Below are positions 39,776 to 49,540 of a stretch of 64,000 nucleotides of DNA, in pieces. How positions within the stretch are numbered: the stretch's first letter is position 1; each line of letters begins with the position of its first letter. Origin of the DNA: an uncultured bacterium (GTDB taxonomy: Bacteria; Fidelibacterota; Marinisomatia; Marinisomatales; UBA1611); assembly GCA_965660855.1 (NCBI GenBank), contig CBFIBM010000006.1, positions 1 to 64,000 of the forward strand. The letters are read 5' to 3'. The notes below the pieces were generated by a model. The model worked only from the letters and a program-made list of their open reading frames with translations, was not told the origin of the DNA and searched no databases. Position numbers and translations under genes: made by a program.

Positions 39776-40782
39776 TAATTCTTTCAAAAAATCTAATACT
39801 TATTTTTTTTACATTTGAGTTACTGTTTTCTCAATCGGTTACAAAAACTGGCACTACTGCGGGACAGTTCTTAAAAATTGGTGTTGGAGCAAGAGCGCTG
39901 GGAATGGGAAGTGCTTTTTCGTCTGTTGCTGGTGATGGTTCATCTCTGTATTGGAACCCAGCTGGAATTTCTAGACTCAAAAAAAATCAGATCATATTTG
40001 ATCACCAAGATTGGATATTAGATGTTGATTTAGATTTTATTGGAGCATCATTTAAAACTCCGTTCGGAACTATTGCTGCGGCGATAAATACCATGCATAT
40101 GGGTGAGATGGAAGTAACAACTACTCATAATCCTGAGGGAACTGGAGAGAAATTCAATGTAGGTTCAATTATGGGACAGCTAACATTTTCGAAATTACTT
40201 ACCGATAGATTTTCTTTTGGGATATCCACAAAGTACATACAAGAAACCATATATAATTCAAAAGCAACGGGACTAGCTATAGATCTCGGTACCCTTTATT
40301 ATACCCAAATTGAAGGACTTAAAATGGGCATGAGTATTTCAAACTATGGTACTAAGATGAAAATGAGTGGTAGAGATTTATTATTGCAAACAGAGGTAGA
40401 TCCTAGTTTAGAATCTGACCCTACAAATATAAATGCTAATTTTGAAACGGATCGGTTTGAACTCCCATTAATTTTCAGATTTGGCGTTTCTTATGAAAAA
40501 TCACTATTAACTGATTTTGATATTTTGATTGCAGCAGATGCCTTGCATCCAAATGATAATACTGAAAGTATTAACCTTGGATCAGAAATATCATATAAAA
40601 ATTTCTTATTTATTAGATCTGGAATTTCAAATCTTTTTCAAAATGATCGTATTTCAGAGGAGTCTTTTGGCCTAGGTATTAAGGTAAAATTAGCCAACTC
40701 ATTTTACCTGATCGATTATTGCTATCAAAATATGGGACCATTAGGTAATCCCAAAAAAGTGACGCTTACCACACTATTTTAG
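39772..40782 (+). CDS. PorV/FadL-like outer-membrane beta-barrel protein
   Basis: GTTAGQFLKIGVGARALGMGSAF...LYWNPAG N-terminal signature; C-terminal Phe; ATGA overlap with the upstream gene. Confidence 0.85.
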   Translation: MIILSKNLILIFFTFELLFSQSVTKTGTTAGQFLKIGVGARALGMGSAFSSVAGDGSSLYWNPAGISRLKKNQIIFDHQDWILDVDLDFIGASFKTPFGTIAAAINTMHMGEMEVTTTHNPEGTGEKFNVGSIMGQLTFSKLLTDRFSFGISTKYIQETIYNSKATGLAIDLGTLYYTQIEGLKMGMSISNYGTKMKMSGRDLLLQTEVDPSLESDPTNINANFETDRFELPLIFRFGVSYEKSLLTDFDILIAADALHPNDNTESINLGSEISYKNFLFIRSGISNLFQNDRISEESFGLGIKVKLANSFYLIDYCYQNMGPLGNPKKVTLTTLF

Positions 40783-40942
40783 AAACCTGAAATTCATTGG
40801 TATATAAACATTTTTTTTTTATAGATTATAAGATCTGGTTTTTGTTATTTATTTATAAATACATTGTATAATTAACAATATTATAGCATTTATCAGATCA
40901 AAAGGACTAATCAATAATTATCTAAAAGGAGCAATAGATATA

Positions 40943-43900
40943 ATGAAAATGTTAAATATTTTTAAGCATATTTTTGGTCTTACACTTCTCACCTTTTCAG
41001 TTTATGGTGCGAATGTAACTTTCCATGTAGATATGCAATTTGAAACTGTAACCAATGGTGTTTACCTTGCCGGTGGAGATGCGGGTAATCCAGGTTATGA
41101 GATGACTGATGAAGATGGAGACAACATCTATTCATTAACAATAGAATTAACACAAGAAGCGTACGGAGATTGGTTTGGTTACAAATTTGTCAATGGACCT
41201 ATCGATGCTGGATGGCAAGGTGCTTGGGAAGTTGTTCCAAATGCTTGTGGTTTTGGAGAACACGCAGATAGACGAGCTGCAGTTCTTGAAGATAATTATG
41301 AATTACCTCCCGTAGTATTTGGCGACTGTTCACCTGACGGACAAACAACCATGGTGTTTAGGGTAGATATGCAATATGAAGAAGTTTCCATTGATGGAGT
41401 TTGGCTTGCTGGCGGAACTGCTGGTAATCCTGGTTTTCCTATGTTTCCAGGTGAAAATGGTATATGGTCTAGAACTCTAAGTATCAATGAAAACACAGCG
41501 TTCACTTATAAATTTGTGAATGGAATGATTGATGCAGGTTGGCAAGGTGCCTGGGAAGAAGTACCTGATGCATGTGGAGTTGGTGACTTTAATGATCGTT
41601 CCGTTGATGTTGGGACAGAAGATACGACCCTACCCGCGATTGTTTTTGGAACATGTGATGAAGCGGTTACAGAAGTTGATGTAACATTTCATGTCGATAT
41701 GCAACACGAAGAAGTTTCTACAGGCGGTGTATGGCTAGCCGGTGGAAATGCTGGTAACCCTGGATTTGAGATGAATGATGGAGATGGTGATGGAATCTAC
41801 TCTCTTGTTTTAACATTAGGTATAAACAGTACATTTGGTTATAAATTTTCAAATGGGCCTATCAACCCAGATTGGTCAGGTGGATGGGAGGAAGTCCCTT
41901 TAGCTTGTGCATTTGGAGACTTTGCCGATCGTTCAGTATCTGTCGGAATTGCTCCACTAGAGCTACCTCCAGTTGTTTTTGGTGAATGTACTGCAGATGG
42001 TGCTGTTCTTGTTACATTCCAAGTAGATATGCAAAATGAAGTTCTCATTGATGGAACGGTATGGTTAGCGGGTGGAAATGCTGGAAATCCTGGTTATCAA
42101 ATGATGAATGAAGGTGGTGGCAGTATATATTCCCATACGTTAGTACTTGGTAGTGGAACTAATTTTGGGTATAAATTTGTGAATGGTCCTATTGATGCTG
42201 GTTGGAATGGTGCATGGGAAGAAGTACCTGCAGCTTGTGCATTTGGAGACTTCGCTGATCGTCAGGTTACCATCATTGAAGCAGATATGTTATTACCTCC
42301 CGTTGCATTTGGTTCCTGTGATCCAATACCCGTTGAATCAGCGACAGTTACTTTCCAAGCTGACATGAGTAATTTAATAGCCCAAGGATGGAATGGTGAA
42401 ACCAGCACAATGAATGTTATGGGTATGTTAACAAATTGGGGCGATGGTGCAATAATGATAGAAGATCTTGTTAACCCGAGCATTTACACATTTACAACAG
42501 AACCAATAACTGCACCGGTCGGTTCACTTCACGAATGGAAATTTAAAGCCTTCTCTGAAGCAGTATCTTTTACAAATGGTGGCTGGGAAGTAGGCGAGAA
42601 TTTTATTTTAGAATTCACTGGTGAAGATATTATTTTAGAACCAATGGTTCCAAGAATTAATATTTTAGGTGAGCTTGCTAATGCAGTTACTGTAGATATT
42701 CATGTAACATGGAATGAGGGAACTCTGAACGTTAATACTGGGGAGCCATTTCCTGAAACTCCTGACACACTTATAATGAATGGTGATTTTCTTAATGGTT
42801 GGGGAACTTGGGGTGATTGTATGGGGGCTGATTGTGCTACGCCGGTAGGACCAGCTTCTAATATTCCAAGACTTACAGACTCAGATGGAGATGGTATTTA
42901 TACAGGTACACTTGAACTACCTGCTGGACATGGAAATGTGTTAACTTACAAGCTAGGTGCATATTACCCTGGTGTTGAGAATACAGCAGATGTTGCAACT
43001 AATGGTGCTATGGATAATGAAGGAGGATTTGGCGCTGATAAGATTTTTATCATACCAACTTCTACTGATGAAAATATTGCTCTTGAAACAGTATTTGGAG
43101 ATAATAATCCTCTAAATCCATTTTTACCTGTACAAATAACTTTTCATTTAGATATGAGAGATCATCAAGTATCTGATGATGGTGTGCATGTTGCAGGGAC
43201 AATCAATAGCTGGAGCACAACGGCTACTCCTTTACATGACGAGGATGGTGATGGAATCTATATCGGGCATGCAGAAGCAACCCCCGGAGATACTATTTAC
43301 TACAAATTTTTAAATGGAAACTCATGGGGAACTGATGAAGCCGTTCCAGATCCTTCATGTGGTGGAGCAGGTGGATATGGTTCCGATAGATTTTATCATG
43401 TGCCGCAAGGTGACTCTGACATTCCTCTAGTCTGTTTTGGTGAATGTATAACATGTGAAGAATCCTATGTAACATTCCATGTGGATATGTCTGAAGTAGA
43501 GTCTATATCCGAAAATGGTGTTTTTGTTGGCGGTGGAGTTTTCTACCCTGACTTTCATTTAATGGAAGAAGTTGATGAAAATTTATATGCTTTAAAAACT
43601 GTTCTTCCAGAAGGAACTCATCTTTATAAATTTAATAATGGTGGTACAGATGCCACTTATGAAGATGGCGGAGCATTATCAGCTGAAGGCTGTGGAGTAG
43701 GTGCTTACAACGATCGTGAAATCCTGGTTGGTGAATTAGATATGATGACTGAACCATTTTGTTATAGTTCATGTTATACATGTAGCGGCGGTGTTGATCC
43801 AGTGGAAGCAAATGTAACTTTCTCAGCTGACATGAGTATTTTACTAGCGCAAGGGTGGGATATGGAAACTTACTCAATGAATATTATGGGTACTCTCACA

Positions 43901-44896
43901 AATTGGGATACGGGTCTCCCTATGGCGCCTGATCTTATTGATCCTAACATATATTCATTGACTGCTACAGTTTTAGCAATTCCTGGAAGTATGCAAGAAT
44001 GGAAATTCAGAGCATTCCCAGGTGAAAATTTCACAAATGGTGGTTGGGAGGTTGGATCTAACCATATTGTAGAATTCACTGGAGAAGATCTTGTATTAGA
44101 AACAATGGTTCCAAACATTAATATAACAGGTGAACTATTAAATAATGTTACCGTAGATATTCATGCATTGTGGAGACCAGGTGTTTATAATGTAAATACT
44201 GGAGAGGTATTTCCAGAAGTACCTGATACATTAATCATGAATGGTGATTTCCTGAATGGATGGGGAACTTGGGGTGACTGTATGGGGGCTGATTGTGCTA
44301 CGCCAGCAGGACCAGCTTCTAGTATCCCAAGACTTACAGATTTAGATGGAGATGGTATATATACTGGTACACTAGAACTGCCTCTTGGACATGGAAATAT
44401 ATTGACCTACAAGTTAGGTGCATATTATGCAGGGGTAGAAAATACAGCCGATCTTGCTGAAAATGGTGCTATGGATAATGAAGGTGGGTTTGGTGCTGAT
44501 AAAATTTTTGTCATCAATCCATCTACTAGTGGAACAATTGTCTTAGAAACAGTTTTTGGTGATAATAATCCAATGAACGATGCTTTATCAACGGATAATA
44601 ATTTTGGTTTCATGCCAAAAGAATTTGCCCTGTTAGGCAACTATCCTAATCCATTTAATCCAGTTACTACCTTACAATTTGATTTAGATTACTTATCCAA
44701 TGTAAAAGTAACTGTATTTAATATTGCAGGTAATGAAGTAGTCACGCTTAAAGAAGGTGAGTTAGAACCAGGAAGACATTCTATTCAATGGAATGCTTCA
44801 AATAATTCTGGTCAAAAAGTACCTTCAGGTCTCTACTTATATAGAGTTACCTCAGATAATAGAACACTTACAGGTAAAATGTTATTATTAAAATAA
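40943..44896 (+). CDS. Secreted multi-module beta-sandwich (putative carbohydrate-binding) protein with FlgD/T9SS-like CTD
   Basis: Signal peptide; repeated VTFxVDM...DGDGIY...YKF modules rich in Trp; duplicated two-domain block; NYPNPFNP...SGLYLY...KMLLLK; no catalytic motif recognised. Confidence 0.8.
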   Translation: MKMLNIFKHIFGLTLLTFSVYGANVTFHVDMQFETVTNGVYLAGGDAGNPGYEMTDEDGDNIYSLTIELTQEAYGDWFGYKFVNGPIDAGWQGAWEVVPNACGFGEHADRRAAVLEDNYELPPVVFGDCSPDGQTTMVFRVDMQYEEVSIDGVWLAGGTAGNPGFPMFPGENGIWSRTLSINENTAFTYKFVNGMIDAGWQGAWEEVPDACGVGDFNDRSVDVGTEDTTLPAIVFGTCDEAVTEVDVTFHVDMQHEEVSTGGVWLAGGNAGNPGFEMNDGDGDGIYSLVLTLGINSTFGYKFSNGPINPDWSGGWEEVPLACAFGDFADRSVSVGIAPLELPPVVFGECTADGAVLVTFQVDMQNEVLIDGTVWLAGGNAGNPGYQMMNEGGGSIYSHTLVLGSGTNFGYKFVNGPIDAGWNGAWEEVPAACAFGDFADRQVTIIEADMLLPPVAFGSCDPIPVESATVTFQADMSNLIAQGWNGETSTMNVMGMLTNWGDGAIMIEDLVNPSIYTFTTEPITAPVGSLHEWKFKAFSEAVSFTNGGWEVGENFILEFTGEDIILEPMVPRINILGELANAVTVDIHVTWNEGTLNVNTGEPFPETPDTLIMNGDFLNGWGTWGDCMGADCATPVGPASNIPRLTDSDGDGIYTGTLELPAGHGNVLTYKLGAYYPGVENTADVATNGAMDNEGGFGADKIFIIPTSTDENIALETVFGDNNPLNPFLPVQITFHLDMRDHQVSDDGVHVAGTINSWSTTATPLHDEDGDGIYIGHAEATPGDTIYYKFLNGNSWGTDEAVPDPSCGGAGGYGSDRFYHVPQGDSDIPLVCFGECITCEESYVTFHVDMSEVESISENGVFVGGGVFYPDFHLMEEVDENLYALKTVLPEGTHLYKFNNGGTDATYEDGGALSAEGCGVGAYNDREILVGELDMMTEPFCYSSCYTCSGGVDPVEANVTFSADMSILLAQGWDMETYSMNIMGTLTNWDTGLPMAPDLIDPNIYSLTATVLAIPGSMQEWKFRAFPGENFTNGGWEVGSNHIVEFTGEDLVLETMVPNINITGELLNNVTVDIHALWRPGVYNVNTGEVFPEVPDTLIMNGDFLNGWGTWGDCMGADCATPAGPASSIPRLTDLDGDGIYTGTLELPLGHGNILTYKLGAYYAGVENTADLAENGAMDNEGGFGADKIFVINPSTSGTIVLETVFGDNNPMNDALSTDNNFGFMPKEFALLGNYPNPFNPVTTLQFDLDYLSNVKVTVFNIAGNEVVTLKEGELEPGRHSIQWNASNNSGQKVPSGLYLYRVTSDNRTLTGKMLLLK
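42341..44572 (+). repeat. Intragenic duplication: ~42341-43111 resembles ~43808-44572
   Basis: Near-identical DNA stretches (e.g. ggggaacttggggtga(t/c)tgtatgggggctgattgtgctacgcc) encode DTLIMNGDFLNGWGTWGDCMGADCATP twice. Confidence 0.85.
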
Positions 44897-44916
44897 GATA
44901 ACAATACCTCATTACT

Positions 44917-44948
44917 AAAAAAAAGGGGAGCTAGCTCCCCTTTTTTTT
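44917..44948. terminator. Intrinsic terminator, potentially bidirectional
   Basis: Perfect 32-bp palindrome A8-GGGGAG-CTAG-CTCCCC-T8 after the 1317-aa gene. Confidence 0.9.
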
Positions 44949-44973
44949 GTTCATTTTGAAAGTAAAATTATTC

Positions 44974-46278
44974 ATGTTTAAAATCCGATTACCTTTCCTA
45001 ACCTCTTTTATTATAATTTTTCTTAATTGTGAAAATCCAATAGATACGAATACTCTAGTTAAGGTTGGCTCTAGGACCATTACAAAAAATGATTTTATTG
45101 AAGCCTATTCAAAAAGGTTAATTCAGTCTAAGATTAAAGATTCAAATTTTGAGCGTGACAGAGTATTAAATCAATTAATAAGAGTAAAATTATTTTCTGA
45201 AGCAGCAAAACTGTCAAATATAAAGTTAGATTCAATAGGTAAAAATAGAGTACAAATATATGAGGAAATTGCACTAAGAGATCAATTATATGATGAAATC
45301 ATATTACCGATTAACATTGATATTTCTGATTCGATCGCGAGATTACATTACGAGTGGAAGAATACTGAGATTCACCTCTCGCATCTTTTTCATAACGATA
45401 AAACAGTACTTGATACGATTCTTCCATACCTTAAAAACGATACATCACAATTTAAGTTATTCTCCAGCGAACTCTTCAAGAATAAAAATTTAAAAAAATC
45501 TGGTGGTAATTTGGGTTGGATTAAGTATGACGATTTAGATCCTAACTTAGAAGAGAATGCATTTTCTATTCCCTATGATATCCCCTCTGGACCTTTTAGA
45601 TCTAGTTATGGTTGGCATATCCTATTAAAAAAAAATTCAAGGAAACAAATGATTTTAGATGAAAATCATTATCAACATATTAAAAATAAATTAAATAATG
45701 ATATTTTAAAAAAAAAGAGACAGATATATGCAAACAACTATATTAATAATCTTCTAGAAAAAGATGTTTCCATTGATGACTCTATCACTTATGAAATTTT
45801 AAACAAAATAAATACAATAGTTTTTACTAAAAATAAAATTAAACTAAATAATAATCATGAAATTTCAAAAAAATTTAAAAATATTATTTTAGGATTAAAA
45901 TCAAATGAAAAAACAATCTTAGCAAAATTCCCAGGCGGTGAATTTACTGTAAATGACTTACTAAATAATTTAAGAACAATAAACCCTGAATTATTTTTAA
46001 AGAACCCAGTCCAACAATTTTATAAATCCTTAAGAGATAAAATATTAACTGAAAAAGCTAAATTTAAAAATCTGGGAGAGCACCCCTCTGTTAAGTTGAA
46101 AATTCAATCAAAAATTGATGAAAATCTTGCAAGGCAATACTTACTTATGAACTCTTCAAATCAAAAAGATACACATTTTTCAAAAGAAGAATTAGAAAAT
46201 TTAGTTGAAAACTTAAAATCTAAAATTCCTATAACTCATCATACAAAGAATCAAAACAAACTATTTAATACTTTATAG
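44974..46278 (+). CDS. Parvulin-type peptidyl-prolyl isomerase (SurA/PrsA-like) lipoprotein
   Basis: HLSHL, GGNLGWI and SGPFRSSYGWHIL motifs; lipobox-like FLNC. ATG 44974 preferred because the track's TTG overlaps the terminator T-run. Confidence 0.8.
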   Translation: MFKIRLPFLTSFIIIFLNCENPIDTNTLVKVGSRTITKNDFIEAYSKRLIQSKIKDSNFERDRVLNQLIRVKLFSEAAKLSNIKLDSIGKNRVQIYEEIALRDQLYDEIILPINIDISDSIARLHYEWKNTEIHLSHLFHNDKTVLDTILPYLKNDTSQFKLFSSELFKNKNLKKSGGNLGWIKYDDLDPNLEENAFSIPYDIPSGPFRSSYGWHILLKKNSRKQMILDENHYQHIKNKLNNDILKKKRQIYANNYINNLLEKDVSIDDSITYEILNKINTIVFTKNKIKLNNNHEISKKFKNIILGLKSNEKTILAKFPGGEFTVNDLLNNLRTINPELFLKNPVQQFYKSLRDKILTEKAKFKNLGEHPSVKLKIQSKIDENLARQYLLMNSSNQKDTHFSKEELENLVENLKSKIPITHHTKNQNKLFNTL

Positions 46279-46281
46279 TCC

Positions 46282-48408
46282 TTATATTTTTGTAAACCTT
46301 ATTGCTTGTCCACCACCATCCGGAAGAATAATTTTATAACTATCTCTATTTGTAATTAATATTTCTTCAATTTCAATTTCTTCAGGTTTATTTAGCCAGC
46401 CACCATTTTTGTTATCTTTATAAATTGTTGCTTTGTATTCTTTTTCTTCTTCTAAAAATGATAAACTAATTTCAATCTCTCTAGAGTTTTGATTTGTAAT
46501 ACTACCAAGAAACCAATCATCACTATTAATATCTTTTCTAACTGTAGTTATATATTTTCCAATTTCTCCATTAAGTACTATTGTTTTTTCCCAATCAGTA
46601 GGAACATCTAATATAAATTGAAATGCTGGATGACCTTCGTAATTACTAGGTAAATCAGCGGCCATTTGGATGGGAGCATATATGACAACATATAAAGCTA
46701 ACTCTTTCGCAATAGTACTCGGAATATGATGATTTTTATTTATATTCCTATCACTTTGACTATTATATCGATACTCCTTTAAGTTAAAAATTCCAGGTGT
46801 GTAATCCATAGGGCTACTCAACAACCTTGTGAAAGGTAAAATTGTTGTGTGGTTAGGTTTGTTGTGTGCATCAATTGGCATAAAACCATTAAATTCTTGA
46901 CCTCTAGCACCTTCCCTAGATACCATATTAGGATAAGTCCTGCGTAAACCTGTATCTTTTATAGGCTCATGGACAACTATAGAAACCTCATATTTTGCGG
47001 CTGTTTCTAATACTTTTCTAAAATGTTCTACCATGTATTGCCCATGGTGCCATTCCATTTGAAGTTCACCATTCTCATCTACTCTTTTTATATTTTTACT
47101 TCCGTCATTTACATATCCAGTTTTAACGACTCTTATTCCCATTTTTTGACAATATGCGAAAGCTTCTTCAAGTTGGTTTTCATAGTTATCTATTTGAGTA
47201 CCTGTCTCATGATGTCCAACTATTCTTATACCTTTTTCCGCGGCGTATCTAGCAATTTCTTTATCATTAAACTCAGGATGTGGTGTAGAAAATTCAAATT
47301 TTTCTCCATCACCAGTACAACACCAATCTTCATCCCAACCAAGATTCCAACCTTCAACTAAAACACCTTCAAATCCATATTTTGATCCAAAATCAATATA
47401 CTCTTTCACTCGCTTAGTCTTTGCTCCATGATGTGGTCCGGATCCCCAAGAAGATTGATTTGTTCCAATCATCTCCCACCAAAGTCCAATATATTTTCCA
47501 GGATTTATCCAACTAACATCTTCTAATTTATTTGGTTCATTTAAATTTAATGTCATAGTAGACATAGCAAGTTCAGATGGATTCTTTCCAACCAGAATGG
47601 TTCTCCACGGAGAATGGAATGGCGCTTTTGTACGAACTTTAATACCATCTGACCAAGGAATCAGATCGCATTCCAAATAATTAGTACCATTTGCTTTTAG
47701 AGTCATACTGGAATATTCAGTAAGGTTAGCTTCATGTACAGCTATTGTAATTCCATCTTTTCTTTGTGTGGTAAATGGAGTTTGTACTGCTTCTGGACCT
47801 AACCTGTCCTCTTTGCTTAAATTTTCTACTAACTCTGAAAATTTATCTCTATCAATTTCACTAATAAGTGTATTCGCATATAAAAACTCATATCTACGAT
47901 ATGCATAAGCAGGAATCCACCAAGAAGGTGAATCTTCAGAAAAATTAAATTCTGTTAACTCATCTAAAATATTAAAGGAATCTAGCTCAGGCTGATCTTC
48001 AATTTGATACCTAAATCCAAGTCCATCATCATATAATCTAAAATGGACTACCATCTCTAATAATGTTTTTGAATTTTCTAAAACAACAGATAATTGATTA
48101 TAGTGGTCTTTTATTAATTTTTGCTCACCCCACACTTGTGTCCAATCTGAATTAGAACTACTGAATTGCTTATCTTTAATAATTAAGTTATCAAAAAAAT
48201 CAAATTTATCTGTTTTCATTCCTAAAATAGATTTATCAATAATATCTTTGCTATCTTTTTTTAATGAATATGAGAGGATTCCATTATCCAAGCTAATATC
48301 CAATACTAAAGATGTATCAGGCGACCGCAATTGGTTGAAATTTTTATCTCCACAAGAAGAGAAAAATAATCCTAAAAATAAAATAGGAATAAGTATTATT
48401 TTTTTCAT
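46282..48408 (-). CDS. GH97 alpha-glucosidase (SusB-like) lipoprotein
   Basis: Lipobox FSSC; SWINPGKYIGLWW, GVLVEGWN, GHHET, VKTGYV, HEPIKDTGLRRTYPN..REGARGQE and PMDYTPG motifs. Confidence 0.92.
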   Translation of the reverse strand: MKKIILIPILFLGLFFSSCGDKNFNQLRSPDTSLVLDISLDNGILSYSLKKDSKDIIDKSILGMKTDKFDFFDNLIIKDKQFSSSNSDWTQVWGEQKLIKDHYNQLSVVLENSKTLLEMVVHFRLYDDGLGFRYQIEDQPELDSFNILDELTEFNFSEDSPSWWIPAYAYRRYEFLYANTLISEIDRDKFSELVENLSKEDRLGPEAVQTPFTTQRKDGITIAVHEANLTEYSSMTLKANGTNYLECDLIPWSDGIKVRTKAPFHSPWRTILVGKNPSELAMSTMTLNLNEPNKLEDVSWINPGKYIGLWWEMIGTNQSSWGSGPHHGAKTKRVKEYIDFGSKYGFEGVLVEGWNLGWDEDWCCTGDGEKFEFSTPHPEFNDKEIARYAAEKGIRIVGHHETGTQIDNYENQLEEAFAYCQKMGIRVVKTGYVNDGSKNIKRVDENGELQMEWHHGQYMVEHFRKVLETAAKYEVSIVVHEPIKDTGLRRTYPNMVSREGARGQEFNGFMPIDAHNKPNHTTILPFTRLLSSPMDYTPGIFNLKEYRYNSQSDRNINKNHHIPSTIAKELALYVVIYAPIQMAADLPSNYEGHPAFQFILDVPTDWEKTIVLNGEIGKYITTVRKDINSDDWFLGSITNQNSREIEISLSFLEEEKEYKATIYKDNKNGGWLNKPEEIEIEEILITNRDSYKIILPDGGGQAIRFTKI

Positions 48409-48478
48409 TTAAATGCTCCGTAACATTAATATGTAATTAAATTTATAGACTATATTACAAAGAAACTTAAAATAAAAA

Positions 48479-49540
48479 CTAAGGTAAAATAGGACGTAAA
48501 ATTTGATCAGATGCAATTGCTCCAAAAAATCCGAATCCTCCCTCTAATCCAGAAGACCTGCCTTTTGTTGTGTTTGGTACGGTAATATTTGTATAGTCCT
48601 CAGAAGCACCTCTTATAAAATAGTCATAATAGTTTTCATCCATTGCCATTAACTTAATTAAAGCTATCTGAGGGTCAATATTTGATACATGTTCATCACA
48701 AAATATAGGATAAACATTGTGATTGTTCTCTGATAGTTCAACAATACTTGATTTATATCCATAGCACCATTTTTCTAATGTAGAAAAATAATTTATATTT
48801 GGTTCGATTAAAATTTGTTCAATTAATAGTCCATATTCTACATTTGAATTTTTCCATGAAACTTCATATTCATTATAGAAAGAAAGAGTATCAATGACTA
48901 AAGAATCATTTATAATAGGAAATTCGGGAGTCAGTAGACTACCACTAACTAAATTATAACCTGGTGCATTAATCGACAGTGTATAATTCATATTTGGAAT
49001 AGGTATAAATTGCCCCGAGGTATCTTTATAAATATTTACTCTTGTCGAAAAAGTGGTATCAATATCAAATGTATCAATGACTGTAAAAATAGTTCCACCA
49101 AATTCAAAATATGATGTATCAAATAATGTTGTATCAAAATTTATGTATTCAAACTCTACGAATGAAAATGTTGTGCTATTACCTTGCTCATCTGTAATAA
49201 TTACGATCGCATCATCTATGAGTGCTGCAGGAACAAAAATTGAATCAATAACCCAAAATCCATCCTCATCACCTTCTTTATCATTTTCGTTTTCATAATA
49301 TTCATATCCTAAAGTATCTACACTTACAAAAATTTGAGATTTTTCATCCAGATTTGTTGTTCTATATACACCAATAAAACTTTCAGAGGTACCATCATTA
49401 ATTTCATCTAGATTAATGATTCCTATTACATTTAATAAATGATCGTAATTTGAATCTATATTTTCCCAATTAGAATTGGTACATCCCAATGGTAATAGTA
49501 AAATTAAAAAATAGAAACTAATTATTACTTTAGAAAACAA
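48479..49540 (-). CDS. DUF4249-like lipoprotein partner of a TBDR
   Basis: Lipobox PLGC; C-terminal DENYYDYF...SGLEGGFGFFGA; overlaps the TBDR stop. Confidence 0.7.
   Translation of the reverse strand: MFSKVIISFYFLILLLPLGCTNSNWENIDSNYDHLLNVIGIINLDEINDGTSESFIGVYRTTNLDEKSQIFVSVDTLGYEYYENENDKEGDEDGFWVIDSIFVPAALIDDAIVIITDEQGNSTTFSFVEFEYINFDTTLFDTSYFEFGGTIFTVIDTFDIDTTFSTRVNIYKDTSGQFIPIPNMNYTLSINAPGYNLVSGSLLTPEFPIINDSLVIDTLSFYNEYEVSWKNSNVEYGLLIEQILIEPNINYFSTLEKWCYGYKSSIVELSENNHNVYPIFCDEHVSNIDPQIALIKLMAMDENYYDYFIRGASEDYTNITVPNTTKGRSSGLEGGFGFFGAIASDQILRPILP

Noticed and set aside
41009..44572. Repeated DNA in the 1317-aa gene as a CRISPR array or mobile repeat
   Set aside because: The repeats are in-frame protein-domain duplications with synonymous divergence and no repeat-spacer structure.
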